Shown in pieces: positions 14,387-22,832 of a stretch of 32,000 bases of DNA (positions are counted from its first letter, which is position 1; every line of letters starts with the position of its first letter). A program made the position numbers and the translations under genes. The notes below the pieces were generated by a model. The model made no database searches, was not told the DNA's origin, and saw only the letters and a list, made by a program, of their open reading frames with translations. This stretch comes from Archaeoglobus fulgidus DSM 4304 (lineage in GTDB: Archaea > Halobacteriota > Archaeoglobi > Archaeoglobales > Archaeoglobaceae), in contig NC_000917.1 in the NCBI RefSeq assembly GCF_000008665.1, positions 1,320,001 to 1,352,000 of the forward strand, in the 5' to 3' direction.

Positions 14387-15733
14387 TCAGACGACAAAGT
14401 AAACCCACCACTCCCTTTTCGCTCTGACATCAAAGCTTCCTTCAGCGACTCTGAACTCGCATCCAATTCTGAACTTCCCCCTGGCCTTCTTCAAAGCCCT
14501 CTCCACCTCCACAGCATTGCTCTCAACAATAATTTTCCTTTCCCTGATGTCGAAGAATATCCTGCCATCGTAAATCTCGGCAATGGCATTCCTGATTTCG
14601 TAGCTGTTCAAAATCTCACACCCCTCTCTCCAGTATCCTCCAGCGTAAATTTCTCTTCCTCTATCTTCGCCAACCTTTATGGGCATCCTCAGAATCTCTC
14701 TGTAAAGAGTTGGGGGATTTTTGCTCTCCAGAATCACCGCATCTCCCGTTTCAATGTTTATTCTTTCAGCATTGCACACCAGCAACTCCCCATAATACCT
14801 TTTGGTTCTCGTTAAGGGCTTGAAGTCCTCTCTGAAAACTGGAATGTTCAGCGGAAAGACGAAGAGGTTATCGCCTAAGCACAGACTGCTTGCAAAAGGC
14901 CCAATCTCACTGGAAACGTAGAGGTTGCACTTTTTCTTCACAAACCTGTTTATGAGCTCCCACCTCTTTTTTGTCAGGGATGAGAAGCTGAAGATGAAGG
15001 TCGCATTTTTGATTTTGTCCCAGAGCATGGCGTGTATTTCCTTTACAGCCTTCTCAAAGGTTAGTTTCAGAATTCTTCGCAAATCCTCGCCAATCTCACT
15101 TCTCACTGCTAAACTCGCCTTTAATCCCTTTGCCAGCAGATTTATGTCAGCCCACCTCGCTATGGTTGAGGCCGGAGCTGAAACCACATCAACTCTCTCC
15201 ATCTCAAGGATGGCGGAAAGAACATCGAGTCTCCTTGAATTCGGATATGTGGAGATTACGTAGTCGGCATCAAACATGGCCAAAGCCAGCCTTTGCGAGA
15301 ATTCCGATGACAGCAACGCGACGTTTCCATTCTCATCAACTCCATCCCCCTCCCTTCTCCCGGCAACAAATATCACCGTCCCTCCTCCTCCCTTCTCAAG
15401 CCCTGCAGAGTTGAAAATCGCATACATGCCCGGCATCCAGTTTTTAACAAGCATATCTCGGCTGAGAAGGTAATACTTTGGGCTTCCGGACGTTCCAGAG
15501 GTGTGGAGTATAACCGAGTTCTCAACGCCCTCCAGTGACTTCAGGGCGAAGCTGGCTGGATTTGCTGTCGTATTCGGGACTTCATCGAAATCCCTGCCCG
15601 TGTTTTTCCCAGCGAGCTCTTCAAACTCCTCTGCCGATAAATGGGGCCATTCACGCCACTCTGGCCTTTTAAAACTCACTGCATGGGCTATCTCTCTTAT
15701 TCTCTCCTGAACTTTACGGTCAAAGTCCATCAT
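14387..15733 (-). CDS. Adenylate-forming enzyme of the ANL superfamily, PaaK/coenzyme F390 synthetase-like.
   Basis: HTSGTSGSPKY matches the [ST]SG[ST][ST]GxPK adenylation motif. Its size (448 aa) and the later IETGDAV motif fit the PaaK/F390-synthetase branch. The start overlaps the tspO stop (ATGA). Confidence 0.65.
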   Translation of the reverse strand: MMDFDRKVQERIREIAHAVSFKRPEWREWPHLSAEEFEELAGKNTGRDFDEVPNTTANPASFALKSLEGVENSVILHTSGTSGSPKYYLLSRDMLVKNWMPGMYAIFNSAGLEKGGGGTVIFVAGRREGDGVDENGNVALLSSEFSQRLALAMFDADYVISTYPNSRRLDVLSAILEMERVDVVSAPASTIARWADINLLAKGLKASLAVRSEIGEDLRRILKLTFEKAVKEIHAMLWDKIKNATFIFSFSSLTKKRWELINRFVKKKCNLYVSSEIGPFASSLCLGDNLFVFPLNIPVFREDFKPLTRTKRYYGELLVCNAERINIETGDAVILESKNPPTLYREILRMPIKVGEDRGREIYAGGYWREGCEILNSYEIRNAIAEIYDGRIFFDIRERKIIVESNAVEVERALKKARGKFRIGCEFRVAEGSFDVRAKREWWVYFVV

Positions 15734-16191
15734 GCGTTCAGAAGATAGATGGCGAAGTTCAGGGCACTTGCAAACAGTATCCAGCCGAGATAGGGCAGGA
15801 GAAGCAATGAAGCCTTGGAGTGATGATAGATGTAAACAATCGTCAGTATTACGGCGATGTCCAGAGCGATAATGTCCACCAATCCGGCGAGAGGATTCTG
15901 GAGACCAAAGAAGAGGATAGACCAGAGGAAGTTGAGTCCGAGCTGCGTGAAGAATGTGGCTTTCACTCTGGAATCATTCCAGAACCCATTTTCCCATGCG
16001 ATGTAAAGAACTATCCCAATCAGGAAGTAGAGCAATGTCCAAGCTGGACCGAAAAGCCAGTTGGGGGGAGTGAAAAAGGGCTTTTCAACTCCTGCATACC
16101 AAGTCTGCACAGATTGAGCTGTGAAAAAGGAGCCAGCGAAACCTATTGCCAGAACTGCTAAGATGGATGCCACAAGCTTCAGTATGTTCAT
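15730..16191 (-). CDS. tspO: TspO/MBR family tryptophan-rich sensory protein (tetrapyrrole-binding membrane protein).
   Basis: 153 aa with 5 TMs and a Trp-rich sequence (WYAGVEKPFFTPPNWLFGPAWTLLY, WNDS.., LWSILFF), characteristic of TspO. Confidence 0.85.
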   Translation of the reverse strand: MNILKLVASILAVLAIGFAGSFFTAQSVQTWYAGVEKPFFTPPNWLFGPAWTLLYFLIGIVLYIAWENGFWNDSRVKATFFTQLGLNFLWSILFFGLQNPLAGLVDIIALDIAVILTIVYIYHHSKASLLLLPYLGWILFASALNFAIYLLNA

Positions 16192-16444
16192 GGGTATAGT
16201 TAAATTTAAAGTATAAAAGATTTGGCGAGGTTTTAAATTTACGAGTGCTTTTTAAAAAAGAAAAATCGCTTTCAATCGAGCTTAAAAGCCACTTTGCTTA
16301 ATGGAGGATAAGCTTTCGGGCTATAAGCTCGCTCAAAGCCAACTTCAAACTTTTTTACCTGAAAAGCCAAATGAAATTTCGGCCCTCGCTGTTCCAGAAA
16401 CCATAATATTCACGAAGCTACAAACTCATCAGAGGGGGTTTAAA

Positions 16445-16834
16445 ATGAAAATAAAAATGGTTAGCATTTACGTGGATGACGTCGAAAAAGCCTTTAGATT
16501 CTACACTGAGGTTTTAGGTTTTAAGGAAAAACTCCACACGCCAGAATACGGGCTTGCAATCGTTGTTTCCCCAGAAGATCCAGATGGGACTGCCCTTTTA
16601 CTCGAACCAAATGAAAATTCGATTGCAAAGAATTATCAGACCTCTCTCTTCAGGGCAGGGATACCGGTTATGGTTTTCGGGACAGATGACATTTACAGAG
16701 ATTACGAGAGGTTAAAGCAGAAGGGGGTTAAATTCAGAGGAGAGCCCCAGAAAACCGAGTGGGGATTGCAGGTTGATTTTGAGGACACATGCGGTAATTT
16801 AATAAGATTTCATCAGGATTTACAGGCTCGATAA
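16445..16834 (+). CDS. Glyoxalase/bleomycin-resistance/dioxygenase (VOC) family protein.
   Basis: MKIKMVSIYVDDVEKAFRFYTEVLGFKE...GVKFRGEPQKTEWGLQVDFEDTCGNLIRF. The start at ATG 16445 follows a G-rich SD, and the 48-codon upstream extension in the track looks non-coding. Confidence 0.8.
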   Translation: MKIKMVSIYVDDVEKAFRFYTEVLGFKEKLHTPEYGLAIVVSPEDPDGTALLLEPNENSIAKNYQTSLFRAGIPVMVFGTDDIYRDYERLKQKGVKFRGEPQKTEWGLQVDFEDTCGNLIRFHQDLQAR

Positions 16835-16866
16835 TGATTTAACTCGACGGGATTTACACCTCTATA

Positions 16867-17253
16867 ATGAAACTCCAAAACTACTTCAAAAATGGCAGGG
16901 TTTATGTCTGGAAAGAAACTTTTGCAATCGTAAAATCAAAGAAAGCCTGCCCCAATGCCTTTGCGAATATTGTTGATAAAAACGAAATAACTGTGATTAT
17001 AGAGCAGCCAAAAGTTAACGAAGATGATGTTATCGAAATTGAAAGGGGCTGGAAAATACTGACATTTGATATGGTGCTGCCCTTTGGACTGGTTGGATTT
17101 TTAGCGAAAATTTCTCAGGCTCTTGCGGATGAAAAAATTCCCATCTTTGTTATTTCCGCTTATTCAACAGACCACATTCTTGTGAGAGAAGAGGATTTAG
17201 CGAAGGCGGTGAAGAAACTTGAAAGTCTGGGTTTTGAGGTTGCGGAAAAATGA
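16867..17253 (+). CDS. ACT-domain protein (ACT_7/COG3603-like small-molecule binding protein).
   Basis: 128 aa. WKILTFDMVLPFGLVGFLAKISQALADEKIPIFVISAYSTDHILVREEDLAKAV is the typical C-terminal ACT fold signature. Confidence 0.65.
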   Translation: MKLQNYFKNGRVYVWKETFAIVKSKKACPNAFANIVDKNEITVIIEQPKVNEDDVIEIERGWKILTFDMVLPFGLVGFLAKISQALADEKIPIFVISAYSTDHILVREEDLAKAVKKLESLGFEVAEK

Positions 17254-17304
17254 AGCGAGTTAGGAAGTGGAAAACATTATAAACATAAACGTAAACATAC
17301 ACTT

Positions 17305-17520
17305 ATGCCAACCAAAACGATAACCATAACTCTCGAAGCCTACGAAAGATTGAAAAGAGAAAAAAGAGAGGGAGAGAGCTTCAGCGACGTTATAATCAGG
17401 CTCACAGAGAAAAGGAGAGATTTGCTTGAATTTGCCGGTAAATGGAAAGATTCTGGAGAGGAAATCGAGAAGATAATCTTAGAAGGCAGGAAGGAGTTCG
17501 ATAAACATGTTCTGTCTTGA
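17305..17520 (+). CDS. vapB: VapB-type antitoxin (type II TA).
   Basis: 71 aa. TITITLEAYERLKREKREGESFSDVIIRL. It overlaps the downstream PIN gene by 14 nt. An ATTATAAAC box lies 22-30 nt upstream (leaderless), followed by the direct repeats AAACAT-AAACGT-AAACAT. Confidence 0.75.
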   Translation: MPTKTITITLEAYERLKREKREGESFSDVIIRLTEKRRDLLEFAGKWKDSGEEIEKIILEGRKEFDKHVLS

Positions 17521-17899
17521 AACCACGTTTCTAATTGATCTGCTGAGAGGGAGAGATGAGGCATTGAAGTTCTACGCAAAAATTAGAGATTCGAAGCTAT
17601 ACACCACGTCCATTTCAGCGTGGGAGCTCCTAAGAGGGCCAAAGCTCATTGGGAAAGATAAAGAATTTGAAGTGGCTGTTGAGCTGCTTGAGAGTCTTGA
17701 TGTTCTTCCGTTCTCTTTCAATTCGGCAAAAATTGCCGTAGAAATTGAAAAAGATTTGAGAGAGAAAGGCATGGAAGTTAATCTAATAGACGTGCTCATT
17801 GCATCTGTTGCAATGGAACACAGTCTTAAACTTGTAACGAGAGATGAGCACTTCAGCAGGATAAAGGGGCTTGAAGTTGAAAGGTATCGCCCCGAATAA
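17507..17899 (+). CDS. vapC: PIN-domain ribonuclease toxin VapC.
   Basis: 130 aa. The N-terminal MFCLETTFLIDLLRG carries E in the place of the first acidic residue, followed by the later acidic residues (SAWELLRG, NLIDVLIASVA, LVTRDEHF), as expected for a PIN fold. Confidence 0.8.
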   Translation: MFCLETTFLIDLLRGRDEALKFYAKIRDSKLYTTSISAWELLRGPKLIGKDKEFEVAVELLESLDVLPFSFNSAKIAVEIEKDLREKGMEVNLIDVLIASVAMEHSLKLVTRDEHFSRIKGLEVERYRPE

Positions 17900-18014
17900 T
17901 TTGCGAACAGTTAATGGTGGTTACTGCAATTTCACTTTCTTCATCAATCAAGTTGTAAGTGGTTTCAACGCCTCTGAAGTAATCTATGATGATGCTCGTG
18001 TCAAGAACAATCAT
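17853..18014 (-). pseudogene. Truncated vapC. Only the N-terminal ~40 aa of a PIN domain remain, and the frame then runs antisense into the 3' end of the convergent vapC.
   Basis: ATG 18014 overlaps the TGA of the vapB gene 18011-18220 (ATGA). The ORF reads MIVLDTSIIIDYFRGVETTYNLIDEESEIAVTTI.., and recognisable PIN sequence ends about where the + strand vapC ends (17899). It is a 53-codon ORF and is absent from the 60-aa track. Confidence 0.6.
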
Positions 18015-18220
18015 ACCCTGAACCTCGCTGATTTCCTTGCGTTTAAGCTCTTTTCAATTTCATCGAGGACTTCACTGTCCTTCAAAACCCCGAAATACCT
18101 TCTAATGTCTGTTTTCTTTCTTTTCAATAGTTTTTCTATCACATCGCTGAAGCTATCCTCTTCGTCTTTCATTTCAAGAAGCTTCCTGTAAACATCGTCT
18201 CTTATCGAAATAGTTTTCAT
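18011..18220 (-). CDS. vapB: VapB-type antitoxin, a paralog of 17305-17520. It is now orphaned beside a truncated toxin.
   Basis: MKTISIRDDVYRKLLEMKDEEDSFSDVIEKLL shares the ..SFSDVI..L core with the other VapB. A TATA-like ATATATATTTATT box and an ATGCAT palindrome lie just upstream. Confidence 0.7.
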   Translation of the reverse strand: MKTISIRDDVYRKLLEMKDEEDSFSDVIEKLLKRKKTDIRRYFGVLKDSEVLDEIEKSLNARKSARFRV

Positions 18221-18675
18221 GCATTAATATATGCATACACGAATAAATATATATCTTTTCTGATGTTGGACAAAACCATTGAGTAGAGAGAGTACTTTAA
18301 TAAAACTTTGCCAAGTCACCCACAGGAATTCTGGAATCTTTGCCCCTTTCGACGATCTTCTGAACCTTTGAATGCCAAGAAATGCAAGAACAACTACGCC
18401 TGCATCAAGGGAGTAGGAGGTCGAAAAAGTTACAACACTTAAGCAAATTTTGGCTCTCCTTTCAAGTTCGCTCGTGTCCACATCCTGACGCTGGTATCAA
18501 GGCATATCATCCGAGTTCCTCCGCAATTTTCCTGTTAATCTAATTGAGATAACCGCCTCAGCAGTTTCCTTACTGAATTTTCCTGAAAACTCCTTTAATG
18601 ATTTCCCGGCTTTCATAACTTCACCGGAAATAAATCCCGATAAAGAGTGCAAATACCTTCCACCATCCCATAAAC

Positions 18676-21405
18676 TCAGCCCCTCTCAAGCTCAATCCAG
18701 AAAATGCTGCCTTCTCCCGGCTTCGACCTCACCCCATATCTGCCTCCCATAACCTCCATGGCCTTTTTGACAATCGCCAAACCAACTCCAGTTCCGGGAT
18801 AAACCTCCTCGCCATGAAGCCTTTCGAAGATGTTGAAGATTTTCTCGTGATACTCTTCAGGAATGCCTATGCCGTTGTCCTTAACGTAAACTCTCACCTT
18901 CCCGTTGACATCTTCAGCCCACACCTTAACCTCTGGCCTCACCCCCTCCTCAACAAACTTGATGGCATTGCTTATCAGGTTGAGCATTACCGTAAAGAGG
19001 AGCTTCCTGTCCCCCTTCACCGCTGGAAGCTTTTCAATTTCAATAACAGCGGACTTCCCCCTTATCTCATCCTTAAGGTAATCGAGCACGTCCTCAACAA
19101 TCAGATTGAGGTCAACCCTTCTAACCTCAGCCTTTGCCTTGGAAACCCTCGCATACTCAAGCAGGTCGTTGATGAGGCCATCCATCTTTTCCGTTAGAGC
19201 TTTAAGCCTCGAAAGGTAGAACCTCGCATCCTCTTCAAGCTTCTCCCCGTAATCCTCAACAAGTGCTGAAACATACCCCTGCAAATTCCTCAATGGAGCC
19301 CTCAAATCGTGTGAAATTGCATGGACATAAGCCTCAAGCTCTTCGTTGGCTTTCCTAAGCTCCTCAAGAGTTTGCTTAAGCTTCTCCTCAGCCATCTTCC
19401 TGTCGGTTATGTCAATCATCGCCCCAACAATCCTCACAAGGTTCCCCTTCTCGTCGTAAATGGGTGCTGGAGAGACGAGAACATGGAACCTCGACCCATC
19501 CTTTTTCACAAGCTCGGCCTCAACAACATCCCCATAGAGCTTGTGCTCTTTATGCAGTCTTATCCTCTCAGCCAGCCATTCCCTTTGTTCGGGAGCAATC
19601 GGGTCGAACATCGTCATCTTTCCAACAACCTCATCTCTCGAATAACCTGACATTTCAAGAAGGCGGTCGTTGACGAATCTGAAGACACCATTGCTATCAG
19701 CCTCCCAGAAGGCAACGATTGGCGACTCAACAAGCAGTCTGTATCTTTTTTCGCTTTCCGCAAGCTGTTTCGTTCTCTCCTCGACAAGTTTTTCCAGTTC
19801 CTGAGTGTATTTTTCGAGTTCCTGTCTCATTTTTTCTCTTTCTGTAATATCAACCGATACCCCGACAATTGCGGGTTTACCCCTCAGTATGACTCTTGAG
19901 CCATAGGCGTCGATAATTCTCACTTCACCACTCTTAGTCAGAACTCTGAGTCTGTAATTGACATGATTCTTTTCACCAAGAATTCTGGCTCTGTAATTCC
20001 TTTCAAATTTTTCCCTGTCATCCGGGTGGATGAAATCTACTGGACTCTTTCCTATCAGTTCCTCCCTTTCATAGCCCAATATTTCTGCAAACTTTTCGTT
20101 GACATAGACAAAAACCCCCTCTTGAATTATGTCAATGCCCACCTGAGAATGTTCTGCAAGCTTCCTGAACTTTTCCTCACTCTCCTCAAGCTCCTCCCTC
20201 ATCCTCGCACTCCTTATTGCGAGGGCAACAGAATGAGCAACCTCCATCAGAATCTGAATTGTTTCCTCATCAAAGGCATCCTCTTCTTCAGAAGGAACGT
20301 TTATTGAGCCAAGAAGGGAATCTGAAACTATAGGAATGAGGGCGTAGGATTTAATTCCAAGCTCCATCAGCCTCCTCTCTCCCTCCCCCCTGCCTTCAAC
20401 TCTTTTCACCCACGGCTTTCCCTGTGAGAGCGTTTGCATCACCTTTGCCACGTCCTCTCCCGCTATCATCTCACCCTCTCTGAATCCGGGCATCTTTTTG
20501 TCAGTCACAGCCACAACCCTCGCTCTGCCATTCTCGAAAACTGTTATTCCCACCCCCCTTACTGGAAGCATCTCAGCCAGCTTTTCAGCAGTCATCTTCA
20601 GAATCTCTTCAGTTTCATCAGCAGAGAGAATTGCCCTCTCGACCTCATGCAGAAGCAGGTTGGCTTTGTAAAGCCTTTCCAGCCTTCTCTCCATTCTCTT
20701 GAAGTCTGTTATGTCAAATGCGAGATGCACAACCTTTCTCAGCTCTCCGTCAATGAAAATTGGCGTGGTGCTGACCGCATACATTCTGCCAAAAATCTCA
20801 ATCTCCCTCGTCTCTGGTTTATGGTTCCTGAACGTTGCAACACATGGGCAGTTCTCCGCTGGCTCCTCCCTGCCGTGGAAAACTTTATAGCATTTTTTAC
20901 CGATGGCATTCTCTATGCCCTGCTCCCTGAAGATTTTCTGAGCATATCTGTTCGCATGCAAAATCTCAAACTCTGGAGAAATCACCACGATGGGATGGGC
21001 GATTGTCTCGAAGAGGGTGCCAAGCTCGATCTCCATAATCCTTGCGTGCTCTTCAAGCTGTAGTGCTTGCTTTCTCGCCCTCAGAAGAATCTCTATTCTT
21101 GCAAGAAGCTCAAGCTTATCTACTGGCTCAATAATTAGCTCGTCAACTCTCTTCCAGAGGTGTTTCTCCGCAATTTTCAAATCCTTCCTTGTCGTAACAA
21201 GCAGAACTGGCAGAAAAGCTCTGCTTTCAGCCTTAATTCTCTCTATCTCCCTCCACTTCCGCTTAAGCGTAACTCCATCAATAATCAGCAAGTCAAAGTT
21301 ATCCTCCGCTATCTCGTATCTTTTGCCCAGAAAGTCAACGAGCATCTTTCTGTTCTGCTCGTTTGAAATGTCAATTCGAATCCTCATCTCTTCCAACACC
21401 ATCAA
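18676..21405 (-). CDS. Multi-domain sensor histidine kinase: degenerate N-terminal receiver, several PAS domains, a GAF domain, HisKA and HATPase_c.
   Basis: REC-like N-terminus ([19 protein letters not shown]). The first PAS carries a Cys/His cluster ([18 protein letters not shown]). At least two further PAS domains end in DITERE/DITDRK. H-box [12 protein letters not shown] box [10 protein letters not shown] boxes DNGIGIP and GTGVGLAIV. Confidence 0.9.
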   Translation of the reverse strand: MMVLEEMRIRIDISNEQNRKMLVDFLGKRYEIAEDNFDLLIIDGVTLKRKWREIERIKAESRAFLPVLLVTTRKDLKIAEKHLWKRVDELIIEPVDKLELLARIEILLRARKQALQLEEHARIMEIELGTLFETIAHPIVVISPEFEILHANRYAQKIFREQGIENAIGKKCYKVFHGREEPAENCPCVATFRNHKPETREIEIFGRMYAVSTTPIFIDGELRKVVHLAFDITDFKRMERRLERLYKANLLLHEVERAILSADETEEILKMTAEKLAEMLPVRGVGITVFENGRARVVAVTDKKMPGFREGEMIAGEDVAKVMQTLSQGKPWVKRVEGRGEGERRLMELGIKSYALIPIVSDSLLGSINVPSEEEDAFDEETIQILMEVAHSVALAIRSARMREELEESEEKFRKLAEHSQVGIDIIQEGVFVYVNEKFAEILGYEREELIGKSPVDFIHPDDREKFERNYRARILGEKNHVNYRLRVLTKSGEVRIIDAYGSRVILRGKPAIVGVSVDITEREKMRQELEKYTQELEKLVEERTKQLAESEKRYRLLVESPIVAFWEADSNGVFRFVNDRLLEMSGYSRDEVVGKMTMFDPIAPEQREWLAERIRLHKEHKLYGDVVEAELVKKDGSRFHVLVSPAPIYDEKGNLVRIVGAMIDITDRKMAEEKLKQTLEELRKANEELEAYVHAISHDLRAPLRNLQGYVSALVEDYGEKLEEDARFYLSRLKALTEKMDGLINDLLEYARVSKAKAEVRRVDLNLIVEDVLDYLKDEIRGKSAVIEIEKLPAVKGDRKLLFTVMLNLISNAIKFVEEGVRPEVKVWAEDVNGKVRVYVKDNGIGIPEEYHEKIFNIFERLHGEEVYPGTGVGLAIVKKAMEVMGGRYGVRSKPGEGSIFWIELERG

Positions 21406-21532
21406 TCAAAAAATGCAGTCCAAGGGTTGTTTTCCCGCAGCCCGGCTCTCCCCTTATCAGGTAAGCTCTCCCCTTAACATATCCACCATTGAGAATTTCA
21501 TCAAGGCCGTCAACACCGGATGAAACTCTCAT
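21371..21532 (-). pseudogene. 53-codon remnant of a KaiC/RadA-like (RecA-superfamily) ATPase: the N-terminus with Walker A only.
   Basis: Hand translation gives [53 protein letters not shown]. This is the canonical KaiC-domain start (GxxGLDexLgGGxxxGxxxLixGxPGxGKTt). It overlaps the kinase start out of frame and is absent from the track because it is under 60 aa. Confidence 0.55.
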
Positions 21533-21619
21533 CGTTTATTGTTGCTATTTGAAAATAAAAGATTTTGTGAGGTCACCGAAAGGGAATAATCTTTTAAGTT
21601 TTCTGTCAATTTAGTTCGA

Positions 21620-22831
21620 ATGCCTCTGAAATTCAGGATAAAGCACACTCTCGACAGAATGCGAGTCGGGAAGGTGAAGACGAGGCACGGCAGCTTTGAA
21701 ACTCCCGTCTTCATTCCCGTTGCCACTCTCGCGGCAATAAGGGGTCTGGACAACAGGGACTTGAAGGACATGGGGGTTGAGGTCATTCTGGCCAACACCT
21801 ACCACCTCCACCTCAGGCCGGGTGATGAGCTGATCAAGGAACTTGGAGGGCTGCATAAGTTCATGAACTTTGATGGAGTCATTGTGACCGACTCAGGAGG
21901 ATTTCAGGCCTTCTCCCTCGGCTTTGGAATGGAGCACGGAGTGGGGAAGATTGCAAACAACATCTTCCTTGAGGAGTTGAGGGAGGAAAGGTTGAGGGAA
22001 GCGGAGAACGAGAGGAAAAAGCTTGCAGTTGTTACTGACAGAGGTGTGAGGTTCAAAGACCCCAAGTCTGGCAGGATAGTTGAGCTTACGCCAAAAAAAT
22101 CCATGGAAATTCAGTCCAACCTCGGCTCCGACATAATCTTCGCCTTCGACGAGTGCACTTCCCCGCTCTCAGACAGAGATTATACAGAGAAGGCTCTGGA
22201 ACGCACGCACCGCTGGGCTGAGGAGTGTTTGCAGCACTACGACAGGAGACAGGCTCTCTTCGGCGTTGTGCAGGGAGGAGAGTACAGGGATTTGAGAGAG
22301 AAGTCGGCGAGGTTCATGGCCGAGAGGGACTTTGCGGGCTACGGCATTGGCGGTTCTCTTGGCAAGAGCAAGCAGGATATGCTGAACATCCTCGACTGGG
22401 TTATTCCTCTTCTGCCAGAAGAGAAGCCGAGGCACCTGCTGGGAATTGGGGCCATTGAAGACCTCTTCAACTGCACTGAAAAAGGAGTGGACATGTACGA
22501 CTGCGTAGCTCCAGCAAGATGGGCGAGGAGGGGGCACCTCTACGTCTCTCCAGCAGAAGGAGGGAATGTCAGGAACAAGTTCAGGATTCACATCAAGAAC
22601 GCAGCCTTCAGGATAGACAACAGGCCAGTTGACAGAACCTGCGACTGCCTTGTCTGCCAGAACTACTCCAGAGCCTATCTCAGGCATCTCTACAAGGCAA
22701 ATGAGCTTCTTTACTTCCGCTTGGCAACCTACCACAACATCTACTTTGTCGTTAAGCTGATGGAGAGGATAAGGGAGTCCATTGCAGATGGGAGCTTTTA
22801 TGAGCTGAAGAGAGAGTGGCTTGGATTTTAG
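21620..22831 (+). CDS. tgt: tRNA-guanine transglycosylase family enzyme of bacterial/eukaryotic (Tgt/QTRT) architecture. It has no PUA domain and carries a ~30-aa charged insertion.
   Basis: TDSGGFQAFSLG, SMEIQ..LGSDI..FDEC, LFGVVQGGEY, KPRHLLGIGAIEDL..GVDMYDCVAP and the zinc site CDCLVCQNYSRAYLRHL align colinearly with E. coli Tgt as I recall it. The insertion is GFGMEHGVGKIANNIFLEELREERLREAENERKKLAVVTD. Confidence 0.8.
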   Translation: MPLKFRIKHTLDRMRVGKVKTRHGSFETPVFIPVATLAAIRGLDNRDLKDMGVEVILANTYHLHLRPGDELIKELGGLHKFMNFDGVIVTDSGGFQAFSLGFGMEHGVGKIANNIFLEELREERLREAENERKKLAVVTDRGVRFKDPKSGRIVELTPKKSMEIQSNLGSDIIFAFDECTSPLSDRDYTEKALERTHRWAEECLQHYDRRQALFGVVQGGEYRDLREKSARFMAERDFAGYGIGGSLGKSKQDMLNILDWVIPLLPEEKPRHLLGIGAIEDLFNCTEKGVDMYDCVAPARWARRGHLYVSPAEGGNVRNKFRIHIKNAAFRIDNRPVDRTCDCLVCQNYSRAYLRHLYKANELLYFRLATYHNIYFVVKLMERIRESIADGSFYELKREWLGF

Positions 22832-22832
22832 G

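Noticed and set aside
9068-16444. The ORF track gives N-terminal extensions for several genes: 9068 for the ABC ATPase, 9690 for the permease, 13906 for REC-PAS-GAF, 14411 for the CheY-like gene, 16301 for the VOC protein, 25301 for the lipoprotein, 29675 for P1 and 30215 for the histone.
   Set aside because: The conserved domain starts ([71 protein letters not shown]) coincide with internal ATGs that are preceded by GGAGG-like sequences or promoters. The extensions would overlap upstream genes or promoters.
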